This document shows positions 8,382-23,300 of a DNA stretch of 47,967 nucleotides, piece after piece (positions within the stretch are counted from its first letter, which is position 1; each line of letters opens with the position of its first letter). The stretch is from a virus (lineage: Duplodnaviria; Caudoviricetes): the IMG/VR virus record IMGVR_UViG_3300030202_002181, positions 1 through 47,967 of that record; one strand, written 5' to 3'. The translations under genes were made by a program, and so were the position numbers. The notes below the pieces were generated by a model that saw only the letters and a list, made by a program, of their open reading frames with translations, had not been told where the DNA came from and did no database searches.

Positions 8382-11300
8382 CAAGCACCATCTCCGCTGT
8401 GGTCAGTTACGTTGAACGACACGTCTCCCTTGTGACCTTTGTTGTGCAGGGATTGACTGAACCTCGGTTTTACCGTGAAGTCGCTCTTTGTCGTTTCATC
8501 ATCTGTCTCCTTCTCGACCCTCCTTCTAGGTGCATCGGACCTGTGATGTTGAAGAGTGTTCTCCGTAATGATAAGTCTTGACACGTCAGTCGAAAGGGCG
8601 TTACTGAAACCAGAGACCTCAGAGCCTAGTAACTTCGGTCCCATTGAGGATGGGGTCTCAAACGCACCTGTCGGGTCAAATGTGAATATTGGTAGATACG
8701 GTCCGTTGGTATCAGGCACGGCTCTGCCCGATGACAGGTTGGCAGTTGGTGCTCTACCGTTGGGCGTCTCATAGGTGAAGATACCGTACTTACCACCGGA
8801 TGTAGCGTGCAGGTAGTTCTGCAAGTGCTGTGGCGATGTGGCGTTGAGCGAGTTATGTATTCTGAATACCTCTACGTGATTTGCATCTAGCACTCTGATT
8901 GGCCTTAGGACAAACCTGACAATTCTGTCATCCTCATTGTTCCTAACAGTGTCAGAGGTGTAATTGGTGGCGTCTTGGTATGGGTTGCTGGTGTCATTGC
9001 TACCAGTCAGGGACGCAACACCCCAACCAGTGTCATCGAACAACCCTGAGTAACTCTTGGTCTCTATGATGTACGAACCACCGTATGGTCTGAACGCATT
9101 GGTGTGGGAGTACTTGTGGGCAGCGCTAAGAGTTGACCCCGCTGTCTGTCTGCTGAAAGACATGGTGTTGTAGTTGGCATCGGTCAATGAGCCCTCTATC
9201 TGCATGGAGCCTTGTAGCACGACCCTCTGACCGACGTTTCTGTCGGTGTGAAGGCTGTGGGCCTCGGTGTTGATTACCACATGGCTCTGCTCCACGCCTT
9301 CAACCACCTCTGCATCGATTCCAATCCTCGGGCTCGTTCTGGATACCGGGTCCTTGTGGACTGTCGTGCCTGACACCTCTTCGACCCTGTCACTCACAGT
9401 TGCCTCGGATTTCAACAGACCATTGTCGTCTATTCCCAGTTTAGCGCTTATGCCTCTCTTGACCTCATCGGCTTGCAGTACATCGTTACGGGGGCGTAAC
9501 AGACCATCACCGAAGAGCGGTTCAGCGGTGTTGTGACTTAAGACGATGCCTGTCTTGTGGTTGGGGGACGATATCTCCGTCAATAGACTCTCGTTGAATG
9601 CGGTGGGGTATCTGACGCCCCTGCCGTTACCCATGTCCCCTATGCGCAGTGAGTGAACTGGTGAGAACACATCAACTAACGTGGTGGTGCTGTTGTTGTT
9701 CTTGCTGTTTAACACACCCCCGAATCTCGGTATGGTGTAGTTAGTGGTGACTGAGATGTTGCCATTCGTCAAATCAGCGATTCCCTTGAGGTTGAAGAGT
9801 GGTTTGCCACTATTGTATATTCTAGCGTAAGCGCTGTTGGTGCCGATGTCGTATGCATCTGCACAGTCCCACGAGGGCCTGATACCGAATCCACGCACTG
9901 GAGTGCGCCTTACGTCCTCTCCACGCTCATTGCCCCACCAATCCACCAGATAGTGCTGGGAGGCTATGGAGAGGCTTGTGATGCCCTTTCCTTCGATATC
10001 TCCCCACCAGTCCCTCTCAACACCCGTCGGGTTGCGTATCGTGCGAACAGGGGTACCGAACGGTCTGGTCATCCTACGACCATCGCTGTACCTCACCTGC
10101 CAGCCCTCTTGGTCTTGATTGAGCATACCTGTGAAGTTCGTTTGCCTCTCCATCACACCGACATAGGTGAGGGCCTTGGTCGCAGCGCTGTCCCCTGCAC
10201 CACCACCGTATAGCCAGCCACTGCTGTATGCTTCTGTCTGCACAAGTGGCCCAGCATCGTAGTTCGTGGTGTTTTGACCAGAGCCTGAGGCGGTTGCCTC
10301 ATACAGTGCTCGGGGTGGATATAGGTCGTATCTAGGCCTGTTATAGGCTTGCCGTACAGCGTTACGGTGCCCATATGGCCTTCTTCTGGTAGTTGCCATA
10401 GACCCTGTTGCAATACCTGAGGATACAGCATATGAGCCATCATCGTCGCTGTCCACCCATTCCAAGTTGCTGTCAGAGGAGAAGTTAGCACTAGTGGATG
10501 TAGCATGCACGTTCCAAGATGCGCTTGCCATGCCATATAGGTCTAATTTGCTTGCATGAGGCCCTCCACGGCTACCACAAGGCCAGAAACCGCTTAGCAT
10601 GACGTTTGTACCACCAGCATCATGTGTGCTATTGCCGGATGTAACTTGCCCGTCCCTAGTGATATTAGGCCTCTTGATTAGGAAGTCAAAAGGTCCGGTA
10701 CTTATTGAGTGTGTGAAATCATGGTAGTGTATGGTCTCGAAATGCTCAGGCATCGAATTGTACTGAGCCTTGTTGACAGGAGCACCTTTCCAACTGCGAG
10801 AAGTGTTGTCAGAGAAGTATGTATTAGGCCTACCTAGATTGTGATGCCACATACATAGGAAAGCATCTGGTACGAATCTACTGTTTGTATCTTGATTACC
10901 ATCAATTATATCTGGAAGTATATTTGCAAATACACTTTTACTCGTGTCTGTAATTATATCACCAGCAGGTAAAGTATCATAACTATGTGTTAAAGTGAGT
11001 ATAGCACCGTTGAACATATTGTCCCAAAAGCCATCAGCACCCGATTTAGAGGCTAAATTGAGTGTTTTAGGAATATTTACCGTTGCTGCCGTGTTTCCAT
11101 CCACACTAGCCAACGCTTTGGAATAGACATTGCCGTTTTTGGCTGTATACTGCACTTCTTGTTCATAGTATGGGAACATTGGGAATGTATTTGCATTATC
11201 TACAACTATAGTTCCACTAGTATTGAATGATTGTACTATACATTTTGGAGATATGCTGATACTTCTTCTGTATTTATCGTATATATCTAAGTATAGTGAA

Positions 11301-14300
11301 GTATATCCATTGATAGTTAGTTGACTACCCACGCTACCAAAGGTGCTTCTCATGAATAAGTAGTAGTCATCAGGGCTATATTGAGTGAGTTTTCTGTAAT
11401 TTGTAGCTTCTGAAACTGCACTTCCATTGTATTGTATACCATTCTTGTGTAGTATGCTCCACCATGGTATGTGTAATGTGTGAGCAGGGGTTGCATTGCT
11501 GAACATTTTGCTATATGGGAATCCCCTTCTTGTGAATGCAGGGCTTTCTGTCAATTGTGCACCTATGTGATTGTATGACATTAGTGGTGGTATATTGGTG
11601 AACTGGCTACCGGGGTCATTACTCACATCTAATATCTTCTCATTGATGAAAACTTCACAACCTCGCACGTCTGCATTAGTGGCCTTTGCAAGCACTAGAG
11701 TAAGTCCACCCTTGTCATTTGAGTCCCCAGCGTCCTTTTTGATGCCAATAACAGTGTTTATCTGCTGACTAGTAAGTTCAGTCGTCGAGTTGTTATGATA
11801 ACCAACTAGTTGGTGGTTGAAGAGATTTGGTTGTATCACAATCTGATATGCACCAACCTCAGCAGGGTCAGGGAAGTGCCTACCTAGTGTATATTCACTA
11901 GCGGCCTCTAGCACTATACTGTGGCCACCTGCCTTGTTTACCGTGCCTGCTAGTGCAGTAGCAGAGCCACTATCAGTTCCCTTGTCAGAAGATGCTAATA
12001 CACCATAACCATCATATTTGACACTCGTCTCGAACATCAATGTAAATGCGCCTCCGTGTATATCGCTGGGCAGCGACGGAGCTGCGTTTACACCACTGAA
12101 GTTTATCTCACTGTCAAGTGGCTTGATATTGTCCTCAAGGGACGTTCCCAAGGATGTTTCAACACCTGATAGTTTGTTGATTGCAGTTGTATGCTTGTCG
12201 AAAAGACCTGCGTCATGGAAAGAGGTTGTCGAATTAAAATCGGCCAAATGGCGCCTGTAGAGGCTTTGATACGCTGGATGTGCCCAATGACCGGGTAGCA
12301 TCGGCATTGTTGGTGTGACGAAGTGATGCCCCATTCTGGGGTAAGGCATGGGTGTCATCACGGGTTTGCTGTAAGCATCGAATCCAACTGTTTGCCCACT
12401 GACATGGTAGAGGGTGTTGGCCATGTCTGGGGAGTTACCGCTCACCTCTGCATGGTCCCTCAGCCTCCTTGCTGCGAAGAATCGGTTGCTACCTGCTGGT
12501 ATGTAGTAGGATGGGACGACTTTGAGGTCAGTGACGGTCTGCCCTGCCATGAAGGTAGCGAAGTTAACATCGCCCACTACTGTGATAGAGGTGCTGCCTT
12601 GAGCGGTGTAGGAGCACACAGCACCCTCGTCGGTGGTGGGGTTGTACACCCTGAGGAACTTCCTAGTGTCCTGCACTGTGCCGAAGCCAGCGGCAAAGAC
12701 ATCAGTGTCCAACACCGCATCGATAGTCAGGACGCTTGTGCTGCTGTTCCATGCTGTCACTGAGACTACGTCGTTCTCGACACCACCGGCGTGTGTGTAA
12801 ACCGCTGGGTATCTGTGTGAGTGACTGTGACCCATCTTCGTCACGTGGAAGTACAGGGTTCTGTCATGGAGTTCGTAACTTGTGTTGAGTGGTGAGTTGT
12901 TGTTCCAAGCACCTAGTTCGGAGTCAAATGACACTGGGTTGATTCTCTCCCAGTTGTGATTCTCGTATGTCGGTCCTTGTCTCGGGCTAGACACTGAGTT
13001 GTCGAACAGGTGGGTTGTAACCGATGAGCCCAAGTCAGGATGATGCATACCACCAGTACCCATGGTCTCGTTCTGGTATGCCTGTATGGGGTCGTAGCCC
13101 GAGCGCACCACTATGTTGCCGGGTATCGAGTTGGGGTCTGGTAACTGCACTTTGAGGTTGGGCTCCTTGCCACTGTTTGCAAGTGCAGGCGCCCTACCAT
13201 CCACGCCTCTGTTCTCAGGAACACGGAAGCCTCGTATGATTGTGCCTAACGGGCTACCACCCTCTATCTTATGCATCTGACCGCTATCGTCCCTCACATT
13301 GATGCTTTGGAACTGCACTTCCTCATTCGGTATGTCAAGGACATTGCCTACCTTGTAGGGGTGCTTTCTAGCGAACTCAGGGTGTGATAATTCCTGTGCT
13401 TGTAACACTGGCATCATCGCGCTGTTGGTAGTTTCGAAAGAGAATCTGACATTACCGTATAGCTTCTCACCTGTGAGAATCGCTGCATTACTCTTCACAC
13501 GTGTGACCCATGGCACTGCTCCTAACCCACGTGCGTTTATTGCAGGAAGGGAGAGGTTTCCACCATCCATTCTTTTCCAAACCACGTTCTCCACTGAGAA
13601 ATTATGTGCAGCGGAGTCCTCGTACATCTGGAAAGCATTAACATCACTCAACCAATAGTTTGCTGGCCAGTTAGTTGTGTGTGCCGTAGTATGACTATCA
13701 GCAGATGTATTTCTCTCCGCATCACCGGACTCAAGTAACACAGAGCCGACTGAGTGGTCTAGGTCGAACAACAAGTCTCCTATCTTGTTCAATCCCGGTA
13801 CTGCGTTCTTCAGTTCCAATTCATTTGACTGAGCGGTGTTATTACCCGCATCACCATGGAAGTAGTTGCTGATTCCAGAAAACGTGGTAGCAGCCCAATT
13901 AGCACTAGCAAGATTAGCAGCAATTGGCACAGTTGTGCTGTCAACAATCAGTGCCTCTACGTTTGGCCCTGCGTTGGCTGGTGCGATAAATCTGTCCTGA
14001 CCATGGAATCTCTCGTCCCACTGTGTGTTACCGGCGTATGTAATTGGGTTCGTGCTTTGACCTATGACCTGCAACCAGTCTCCATTGGCGGTTATGCCGT
14101 CCCTGTCGAACTTAGCGACAAGACTGCTTTCAGAGTCGTAACTGACAACTAGGAAAGCACTGGTGTAGAGTCCCTGAGGTAGAGTGAGTTCTTTTGGTAG
14201 GGGTGTGTTGTCTATGTAATTAGTAGGCACATTCCACTGATTGGCATCATTTGTGGTGTCTTCAGTATGTGTAAATGCATACGTGTAGGTATCGTATGCT

Positions 14301-17300
14301 CCACCGCTACCAGTCGTTAGATTGTACTTGGTGTAGAAGTTAGCCTTCTTCACGTGTGTAGCGACGTAGATGCCTATCCCATCTATGGTGGGTGTGCTCT
14401 CAGGGCTGTTTCTTATTGGTGCCACGACTGGTACATTGCTATGTGTGTTCATTACAGTACCAGCAGTTCCGTATGGGGAGAAGTTGAGCATGGGATGGTG
14501 AGCACCTAGACCTGCTGCATAACCAGTGCCTGATGTGTTCTTGGTTATCTTCAGGCTATTGAGATAGGAGTACCGTTCACCATGCCACCCTATCGCCCCT
14601 ACAGGTCTAGTGCGGTCAACGGCGTCCGCTATGCCTGAAAAGTGAACTTGTGTCATGTGGTCTCTAGTCGACACATTCTCGTTGTTAAATCGGAGAGTGC
14701 CTGCCTTGGACCACACGTACAATGTGTATGTATCATCAACAGCAGCGAAGTCAGCAGATGCTCCGGCTTTGAAATCCTCCCAAGTCTGGGGGTCTTCGGC
14801 TTTACTCTGACCATGTATCCTGTTCGGTGCCATGTAGAATCTCACTTTCCAGTTGCTGGAAGACTCATTGAGAACTTCCCTTGAGTGATAGGGCACCCAA
14901 GCGACTGCGCCATTTGACTCCTTGATTGCCCTCAGCCAACCAGATGTCGGTAATTGTTCAAGGTACTCCTGCGTGAATGTCGTGCCGTCCCCGTCATTGA
15001 ACTCGCTGTCTATGTAGTTGCCAGTGGATGAACTGTCGTTATACTCATCTAAAGTGCCTAGATGCCTCCAGCCGTATCTATCCTGACGCATCGCGTTGCC
15101 CATGGACGGCATGTGAGTGCCACCTAGCGCCTTGAGCGAGCCAGCACCGGGGAATGCGTTGATTGCCGCTCCTAACACCGTGGCCAACTCTTCACCGTTC
15201 TGGCATCGAGTCGCATCGACAACTATGTATTCCATGTCTACATCACCGCTTACCACAGCCTCACTGCCGTTACCGACGTAGTCCAGTATGCGGTCAGTCA
15301 ACGGCCCTGCGACTCTGAACGCAGTTGGGTGTATCTGGTTGGCCCTCTCCCAGTTGCTACTGAGGACTCTTGAGTCCGACTTGCCCTTGTGTGGTGGGTT
15401 GAATGTGAGTTGGTTGTCCAACCAAGAGCCGCCGGGGTGGTATCCACCGTCCATGTGCCACACCGTATCAGCAGCCATGGTGATGCCGAAGCCTATGGTA
15501 GGTGTGTGCATCTTGGGTGTGACTCTCGTGAGGTCATTGGCATCATATGGAGTGTCATCATTCAGTTGTTGTCCGTAGTGCCTACCGTGCTCTGGTCTCT
15601 GTTTGAGTTCCTCCTTCATTGTGTAGCCTGCTGGTGACTCCCAGTTGACCATCGCCCTCCAATGGAAGCCAGCGGTGGTGTTGTAGTAGTCCTTGCGAGG
15701 TGGTAGGAAGGAGTGCCTACTGTTCTCTATCGAGTTGGGGAACAGTTGCTGGTCATTGCCAAGACTGCTGTAGCCGCCCTTGAAGGGCACACTCGCCCAT
15801 GTGTTACCACTTGTGATTATACGACCCGGATATGGCTCTTTTGCGTTCGTAGTGCCACTTTCACTATCCAAGGCAGCCTCGTTGGTAAACGGGAAAGCCT
15901 GCCCCGGACCGAATATTAGATATGTAGTCTTGCTGTCAATACTGTTCACATGGTCTTCGTATCTCGCGGTCGGGTGTGCAAATCTAAGCACCATTGGTAC
16001 TGGTTTTGCCTTGACCACGCCACTAGTGTATGTGGAGGAGCCTCTGTTCAAATCAGGTGACAGTATGTTCTGTTTATTGAATACTGGAGGTGTGATACTG
16101 CCACGATGTTGGTTGCACAGAGCTGCGCCGGGGAAGAAGGCGAACATGGCGTTGGTGTCAAGCATAGCGAAACTCGTCGATATTTCACTGGCATTCTGAA
16201 TACCAGAGACACCTGTAGGCCCGTTAGCGTACGGATGTGTGTAGAATGACGAGTAATCGTTTGTGGTACCATCGTTTACATCAAGCACGACACCGCTAAA
16301 GCCGCCACCGAAGAACAGGGGCACACTATGGTCCCTGCTGCTCTTACCACCACGGAAGTGGACGATGGGCTCTGAGAACACACTGCCTATGGAACGAAGG
16401 CCGTTGAAATCAGGGTCGAAGTGTGTGCTGAGTATGTTGCCCTCGAATGTTATCTCTCTAGGCATGTTGTTAGAATCGTCTATATCCCAAGATAACTCTG
16501 TGGCAGCGTTTGTACCCACTTTGCTTTCAACGACTATCGACTTCTCATTCGTCAGGTATATTCTCTTCCTCTCACCGAACGATGGTATTCTGCTACCTGT
16601 CGTATCAGTACATGCTGGTATGAGGAACTGGAACATATTAGCACCAAGGGTCACTGTTGATTGCCAGTCCTTGGTGGTCTCAGCGATTGCTTTTCTCCTT
16701 GTTATCTGTAGTGTATCCGCTACGTTGACACGTAATTCGTCTATTGAGAAACTAGTTGTTGTATTGGTAGCGGTAACTCGTCCTAGCACCCTATCAGCGG
16801 CATCTACAATCAGGTCCCCTACGGTGAACACGTTTGAGTTTCCACCATCTATTGCTATCGCACCGGTGTGGCCCTCAGCAAATTCACCATCGACAACAAC
16901 CGCAGAGACTGTAGAAAAACCCGTGGTGTAAATGGAATGTGGATTGTCTATGGAGGGTAGTATGTGGTCTCCAGAGTATCTGGTATAATCCATTCCCTTT
17001 AGTCCTCTTGACCATTTATTTGTATTCAGTACAACGTTTTTGGAATCTACCAAATTAGGTGATGCTGTATTTCCCATGGGTCCTTTTGCAGTTGTTCGTA
17101 CTTGCAAAACTGTATATGGTACATATCCACAATCTATGTTTCTACTTGCATCTATATTAGCATCAGTCACTGCACGTGATGTACCGAATGCATAACTAGC
17201 AGTGCCAGTGGGTCTTGTTACTTTTTCAACCTCACCGAATTCCAAGTGTGCTGCTTGAATACCCAAATCCCTAAACACAGATGCATTGTAAGATGTATTC

Positions 17301-20300
17301 AATGGTTTTACTCTTTTGTTAGGATTATACGCTCGTATTTTTATCGCGTTGGGGCTAACACCCCACTCTCCAAACGTTTTACCATCGAAGGCATACATGT
17401 CTGTGCAGTCAAACGTATGCCCGTTTAAGCTGTTTACTTCATCTCCTGCATTGATTGCAGCAGCAGTCACAGCAGCGAGCAACTCATCTGTAACTAATGT
17501 GGTTTGATTCAATACAGAAGATATGAGATAAGAGGTGCTTGTGAGTGAGGACACTCCTGTAACGCCATAGAACACAGTGCCGCTTCTATGAGTATATGAC
17601 AACGTTAGACCCACATTCGCATCACCGGCACCGTCATAGTCGCTAATCTGTATGATACCGTCTTCCTTTGGGAATCCAAGATAACCTAGTTTGTCATCAG
17701 TAAAAGATGCGTCAAAGGGGGCAACAAAGGTAATTGATAGGGTTTCACTGCTCAATACCGCAGTGACTAAAGTAGCAGCGTTTGGTGCGGCGACACCTCT
17801 CCATTTTGCTCCTCTCCAACTACCCAAGCTCTCAGATACGGCTGAGAAACTCATTCTACCAGTGGCATCGCCGGAACCACTCATGGCACTGCCAATTGTA
17901 AAACCGCCCTGTGATACATCTCTGTCGTCTATGAATACGCATACCTCTTCCTCTATCGTGTCAGGCAGTGACGTGTTGCTATTGGAGAAGGACTCACCCA
18001 TGGTTCTGTAGATGTATCTTAGAGTGTTCTCCCTACCTAGATTGTCAGTCAGGCTCAGACCGTATATCTGCCCTATGCCGACTGCGTCTTGGGACACCTG
18101 AGATGTGGGCACATGTGAGGAGTAAGTGGATGTCGATGTCGTGCCGTACCTGTTGTTGAACTTACTCTCGCCGTTGAAGCCAAAGCCCCAACTACCCGCA
18201 TCTGGCGCAAAGCCGGGTACACCGCTTGCGACCAGACCACCGAAGTTGACTCTAGCAAGCGCACTCGGCCCTGTCCTCAGACCTCTGACTAGGGATGAAG
18301 ATGAACCCTTGATGTCAAGAGATTCCACATTGATTGAGTTGTGGTTCTTCCCGCTTATCGAATCTGAGACTGCTCTCATCACTGGTGTGTCTTCGAAATC
18401 AGCAACGCTCCTGACATCCTCACCGCTCTCTATAGATGTCACATACTGCTGTAGTGTCGTTATTGGTGCAAAGGGCCTGCCGTTCTTATCAAGAGGCATA
18501 GGGGCCGGGTGCATGTTCTCACCCTCTCTCTCATCTGGAAGGGCCCAGAAGTTTCTCCATCTGCCACCATGACCAACTAGGAACTGAGGTTGATACGATG
18601 TCTGCCCTGTGCTGTTGTCCAGCCAAGCGCAGAAATTTCTACCACTGGCACCCGGTACGGTGCTGTGTAGGACGATAGTGAAGCCTACGTCACCATTTAG
18701 GTCTTGCACCTCTCTTCCTATATGAGCACGGATGTATCCCATGTGCGTGCCCCTGTCACCGTTGTCTGTATGCCAGAAGGGGGCAGGGTCGTGAGCAGAG
18801 CCACTTAGCAATCTAGCGTTTAGAGCAGCATGCTGGTTTATCATACGGACTACTTCTTCTGCACCACTGAGAGTATTGACAACACCATCCTTCTCCGCCA
18901 CCTCACCCAAGTCTATCGTCAGTCTTCTGACGAAGCCCATGTCCTTCCACTGTGGTAGGTGCTGTAGTCTAGTTTCCTCATGGGAGGATAGGTCGAGTGA
19001 TGTGTTGCGTATTCCCTTGAGACAGAGGAAGGCAGGTATGACTCTAGTGCCATCGGGAGTATCGAAGAAAGTAGCAGGGTCTCTGAAAGTGCAATTGCTA
19101 GTGCCCTTTCTCAGGTCTATTAGGGAGTCAGTGTAGGAGTCCACAGCATCCACTGGTATTCTGGTGAAGTCATGTAACGGGTCAGCGATTTTGTGAAGTG
19201 ATACGCTGTCGTTTGTTCTGGGTGTTAGGCTGTAGCCGTTTCTGAGTCCATCGACTGCACCCCCGTAGGAGTATCCAGTGTGGACGTAGTGTCCGTGTGA
19301 CTTTCCGTACAACCTAGCGCCTGCTATGCTTCTACCATCAGTCGGGAAGTCATTGGTATCCTGATTATTGAATGTGGTTGAGTCCAACAAGTCTTCAGTA
19401 TGTCGATTAGACAGGTCGTGGGCGTATGCGCTCTCTATGAACTTGGATTGCTGTGTGCTTCGTATGTATGGGTTCTGTGACAGGAATCCGTTAGTGACAT
19501 CTATCTGCGTGGTCCACGGGCTTGGGCCTGCTCCGTTGTAGACAGCGTTGACCTTGTGTAGCCTGCTCCTTGTGCTGCCGCCGTCCTCAACCACTTCCTT
19601 AGGCCATCCTATCTGAACGGCATCAGGGCTAGTTTGTACCTGCATGTGTATGTCTTGGAATGCGATGAACTCCTTGTCATGTGCCACATCGTACAATAGC
19701 ACACGCGCATGGTCGTCGTTTGATAGATAGGGGTCAATAAATGCCACAGTGGGTGCTTGTGATACAGTCAGTCCTAATGCTAGGTAATTCTCCTCAACCG
19801 TTCTGTTGACGTGTTGGACATAGTTTCTGGCTGTTTCCAGACAGGTATTGCCAATCATGAAGTTCTCAAGCGGTATGCTGTCTCTGGGGTTGGTGGTGTC
19901 TAACTCACCAGCACCGCCATTGAAGGCGTTCCAGACCTGTGACTCGTTGTAGACTCCTCTGCTCTTGGCAAACAGCCCCTCAACAGCGTGCGGGTTGTTG
20001 TATGACATATTGGCCCACACGGTGTCGCCATCACGGAATCCACCGACTGAGTAGGGATTGAGCCATGTTGCATTGAGAACGGCATCTTTCTCCTCGTAGT
20101 CACCCATCCATACTGCTATTTTTGCATTGGATGGTATTACTGGCGTTGCGGCAGTCATGTTGATGATTTGAGTGCCGTTTGCATCAGCGCTCTCGACTTC
20201 ACTAACGATTCCTATTCTTCGTATTTTGTCAGTGCTAGTGTCTTCCAAGTAGTAGAGGATGTCGCCTTTCTTGACATTCGTGCCGTGTAGGTCGTTGACG

Positions 20301-23300
20301 TTCTTTCCACTGGCACCGTCTACGGTTATCTCAAACGGTGATGATGAGTCCGCGCTTTGTGCAGTAACGGTGACATCGGTAATGTTCAGGCTGTTCTTTA
20401 ACTCACGATAGTACTGAGAGCCATCGGATACCTCTGTGGTGACTGAGGTCCCGAGTATGCTTCTGCGTTTACTTGTCAGGGTTATCTTGACGCCTTCAGG
20501 AAATCCCTGCGCGGCTTTCAATTCCTCATTGTCATTGAATGCCCCATTAGTGGTTCCCCCACCCACTGTAACTGCTGTTGATGAAACAGCGGTTATCTCT
20601 CCAGCACTACTACCATCGGATTGGAAAAGTAAATCACCCACAGTAAATATCGTAGTTGCATCAACACCGTCTACAATCATGGCGCTAGTTGTTCCCTGTG
20701 CATAGGAACCACCACCAAGTGCAGTTCTATTGATTAATACACCAGTATCGACTAATGGATATGTAGCACCGGATGTTTGGAAGACCAGTGTTATGCTGTT
20801 CTTAGGTGTTGCGACGCTGTTTATCGTCTTGATGTGGCCATGATACTGGTAACTGTACACCGTGCCATTGTCATCGTACTGCACCTCGTATCCCAAGTCC
20901 CCAACGGAGGAGGGAGCATTTGCTAGAGTATCGTATCCCAAGTCAGGGAACTTTGCGAAGTCCTCTTCACTGAGAGTGATTGTAACAGCCTGTTCCGGCA
21001 CACCTGTGAGTCTAGTGACAGTTGCAGTCAGCACCTTACCAGTAGCACGTTTTACATCTACTCTAGGTGCGTGTGGATTGGACTCTGGCCCAGCCTTGAA
21101 CTCAACGGCACTGACGTATTGTCGCAGGCCGTAGTCTACATTTCCACCCTGTGTCTTTACACTGGCAGCATCGTGATGATATTCATCCCTGTTTTCGAAG
21201 TCGGAGGATGGTGTGAACTCATCTGAACTGATTGGTATCAGAGAACTGTCTATGCCTGCGTCGTTGATGAAGACGGAAATGCCCACTGCTAATGACTCAA
21301 AGAAGTTCGGGCTCTGCCCGTATGTAGCGTCGAGCAACTGTAAGTACCCATCGCTTCTATTGACACTGGTGTACCAAGACCACTCACCATTGGCAAGATG
21401 CACCTTTCTGTAACGATACGCGGTGGTTACGCCTTTGTAAGTAGCAGTGCTTGTGGTTGAGTCTGGAAAGATGTTTATGTTGTTCACATACAGCCTTCTG
21501 TTAATGGTATCCCATTTTATTGCAAATGTCGAATCTAAGTATTCCCTGTTCTGCAAAGCTATTGAAAACGCTGATTTGGCTTCCCTGTCTGCAAGTTCAT
21601 TCTCGCTCTTGAATCTCCTACCGACCGGACTGGGATTGTATGTGTGTGCTGTATGAGTAGCGTCAACGTGTATTTTGAATGCATTACCGGGTCCAACAGA
21701 GTCGTGGAAGAACTGCTCAGAGAACAGGGGTATCTCCGCTATTGCCCTAGTGCTTGCGTACTGAGTCCCTAACTGATAGTCATGCTGTACATCGTTTAGA
21801 GACTGATGCATCCTATCATTCAAGGTAGTGCCGTTTTCCAAGTCAGATTCGTTTCCAAAGTCCGCTTCACTGAACACTGTGAAGTTACCGTTTATAGTGA
21901 CGGAGGTACCACTGGTCGGTCCAACCATGAAGCCAGTAGCGTTGAGTAGTTTACCGACTGCTAGGTGCGAGGTGCCATCACTGGACAGGAAGTCCAAGGT
22001 AGACGCGCTGGCTGCGCTGAAGACAAACGTTGACCCAGTCTTGCTGTCGTACTTGGCACTGCTCCCATCAGGTAGGTGTATTCTACCATAACGAGGGAAG
22101 CCGTATGTTCCCCAAGATGCTAAATCAGTGCTTTCATTGTTCAAGGGCTTAACGTGTAGCGTCGCCGCACCAGTGCTCCAGTTGACGTCTAGTTGGTGTG
22201 CTGTCACTGAGTAAGACCTGCGGGTTGAATAGGACTCATGAGCAAGTATGCTCTTCTGAAAAACAGGTCTGGTGTCCATGGCACCTTGACCCGGTCCACC
22301 TAGACTCACCGTGACCACAGGCGCATTGGGTTCTATCTCCTTGACAATATGGGAGTCTGGACTTCCCTTCCCTGTGAAGTCTATTCTCCTAGATACGATG
22401 GAGTCTGCAACACCGACGCACCTAATCCCCTCTATACCACCTTGCTCACCCACAGTCTCATCAATGCTCCTAACCTTGGCACGACTCATCATGTAGAGTA
22501 TAGACACACGATTGAGGACACCGCTGATATTCACATTAGAGAGAAGCATACTGCGTCTTCTATCAGTCGGTTGCAGTATGATACGCATGTCAGCGGAGTT
22601 ATTGCCAGTCAGTGTAAAGTTGTCAATAACATCGTACATCTCGTAAATGGGGGTTGCAGAAGTCACAGTGCCTGTGTCAAACTGACCAGCAGCAGGGCTG
22701 TTGGGTGTTACATCGGGCTCTAGTCTATCGTAACTGCCTTTATCTGTCAGGAGTTTTGTGTTCTTGACTTGATTGAAATAGAGCCTATGAAACACTGAAT
22801 CATGGTCACCAGTGGTGCTGGTTGACTCAAGTATGACACCGGGAGTCTGATTCTGTATGGAGTCCGAGTTGTTCCTCGGTGTGTAGTTCGCTGGTGTGAG
22901 GGACTCATCAACCTCGTCATCGGAGGAGAAGCCCTCTGATGTATCACCCACAAAACTGTGGTCATAGAGTAGTTCATCGCCTACGTTTATCTCCTCTGTA
23001 TCGACGTCGATGTAACCACCGGGTGAGAATAACGTGTGACCTGATGCGATTGAGTTGATGATGGCATCGTAAACATACTCGCTACCGGAGACTAGAGTAT
23101 CGGAGGACGGCACTGTCTTCTCTACCATGAGCAAGGGTTGCACTGTGCCACTCATGCTCGCACCAGTCAGGTCGATGGCGTTGTAGTGTATCTCAACAAA
23201 GGGTGCTAGGGTTGGTGTCAGTTGCGTAAGCCTCGGTACGTGTAGTATAGCGACCCTGCTCTCCTTTGAAGGTTTAACGTGATACTTGCGTATGTCATCG

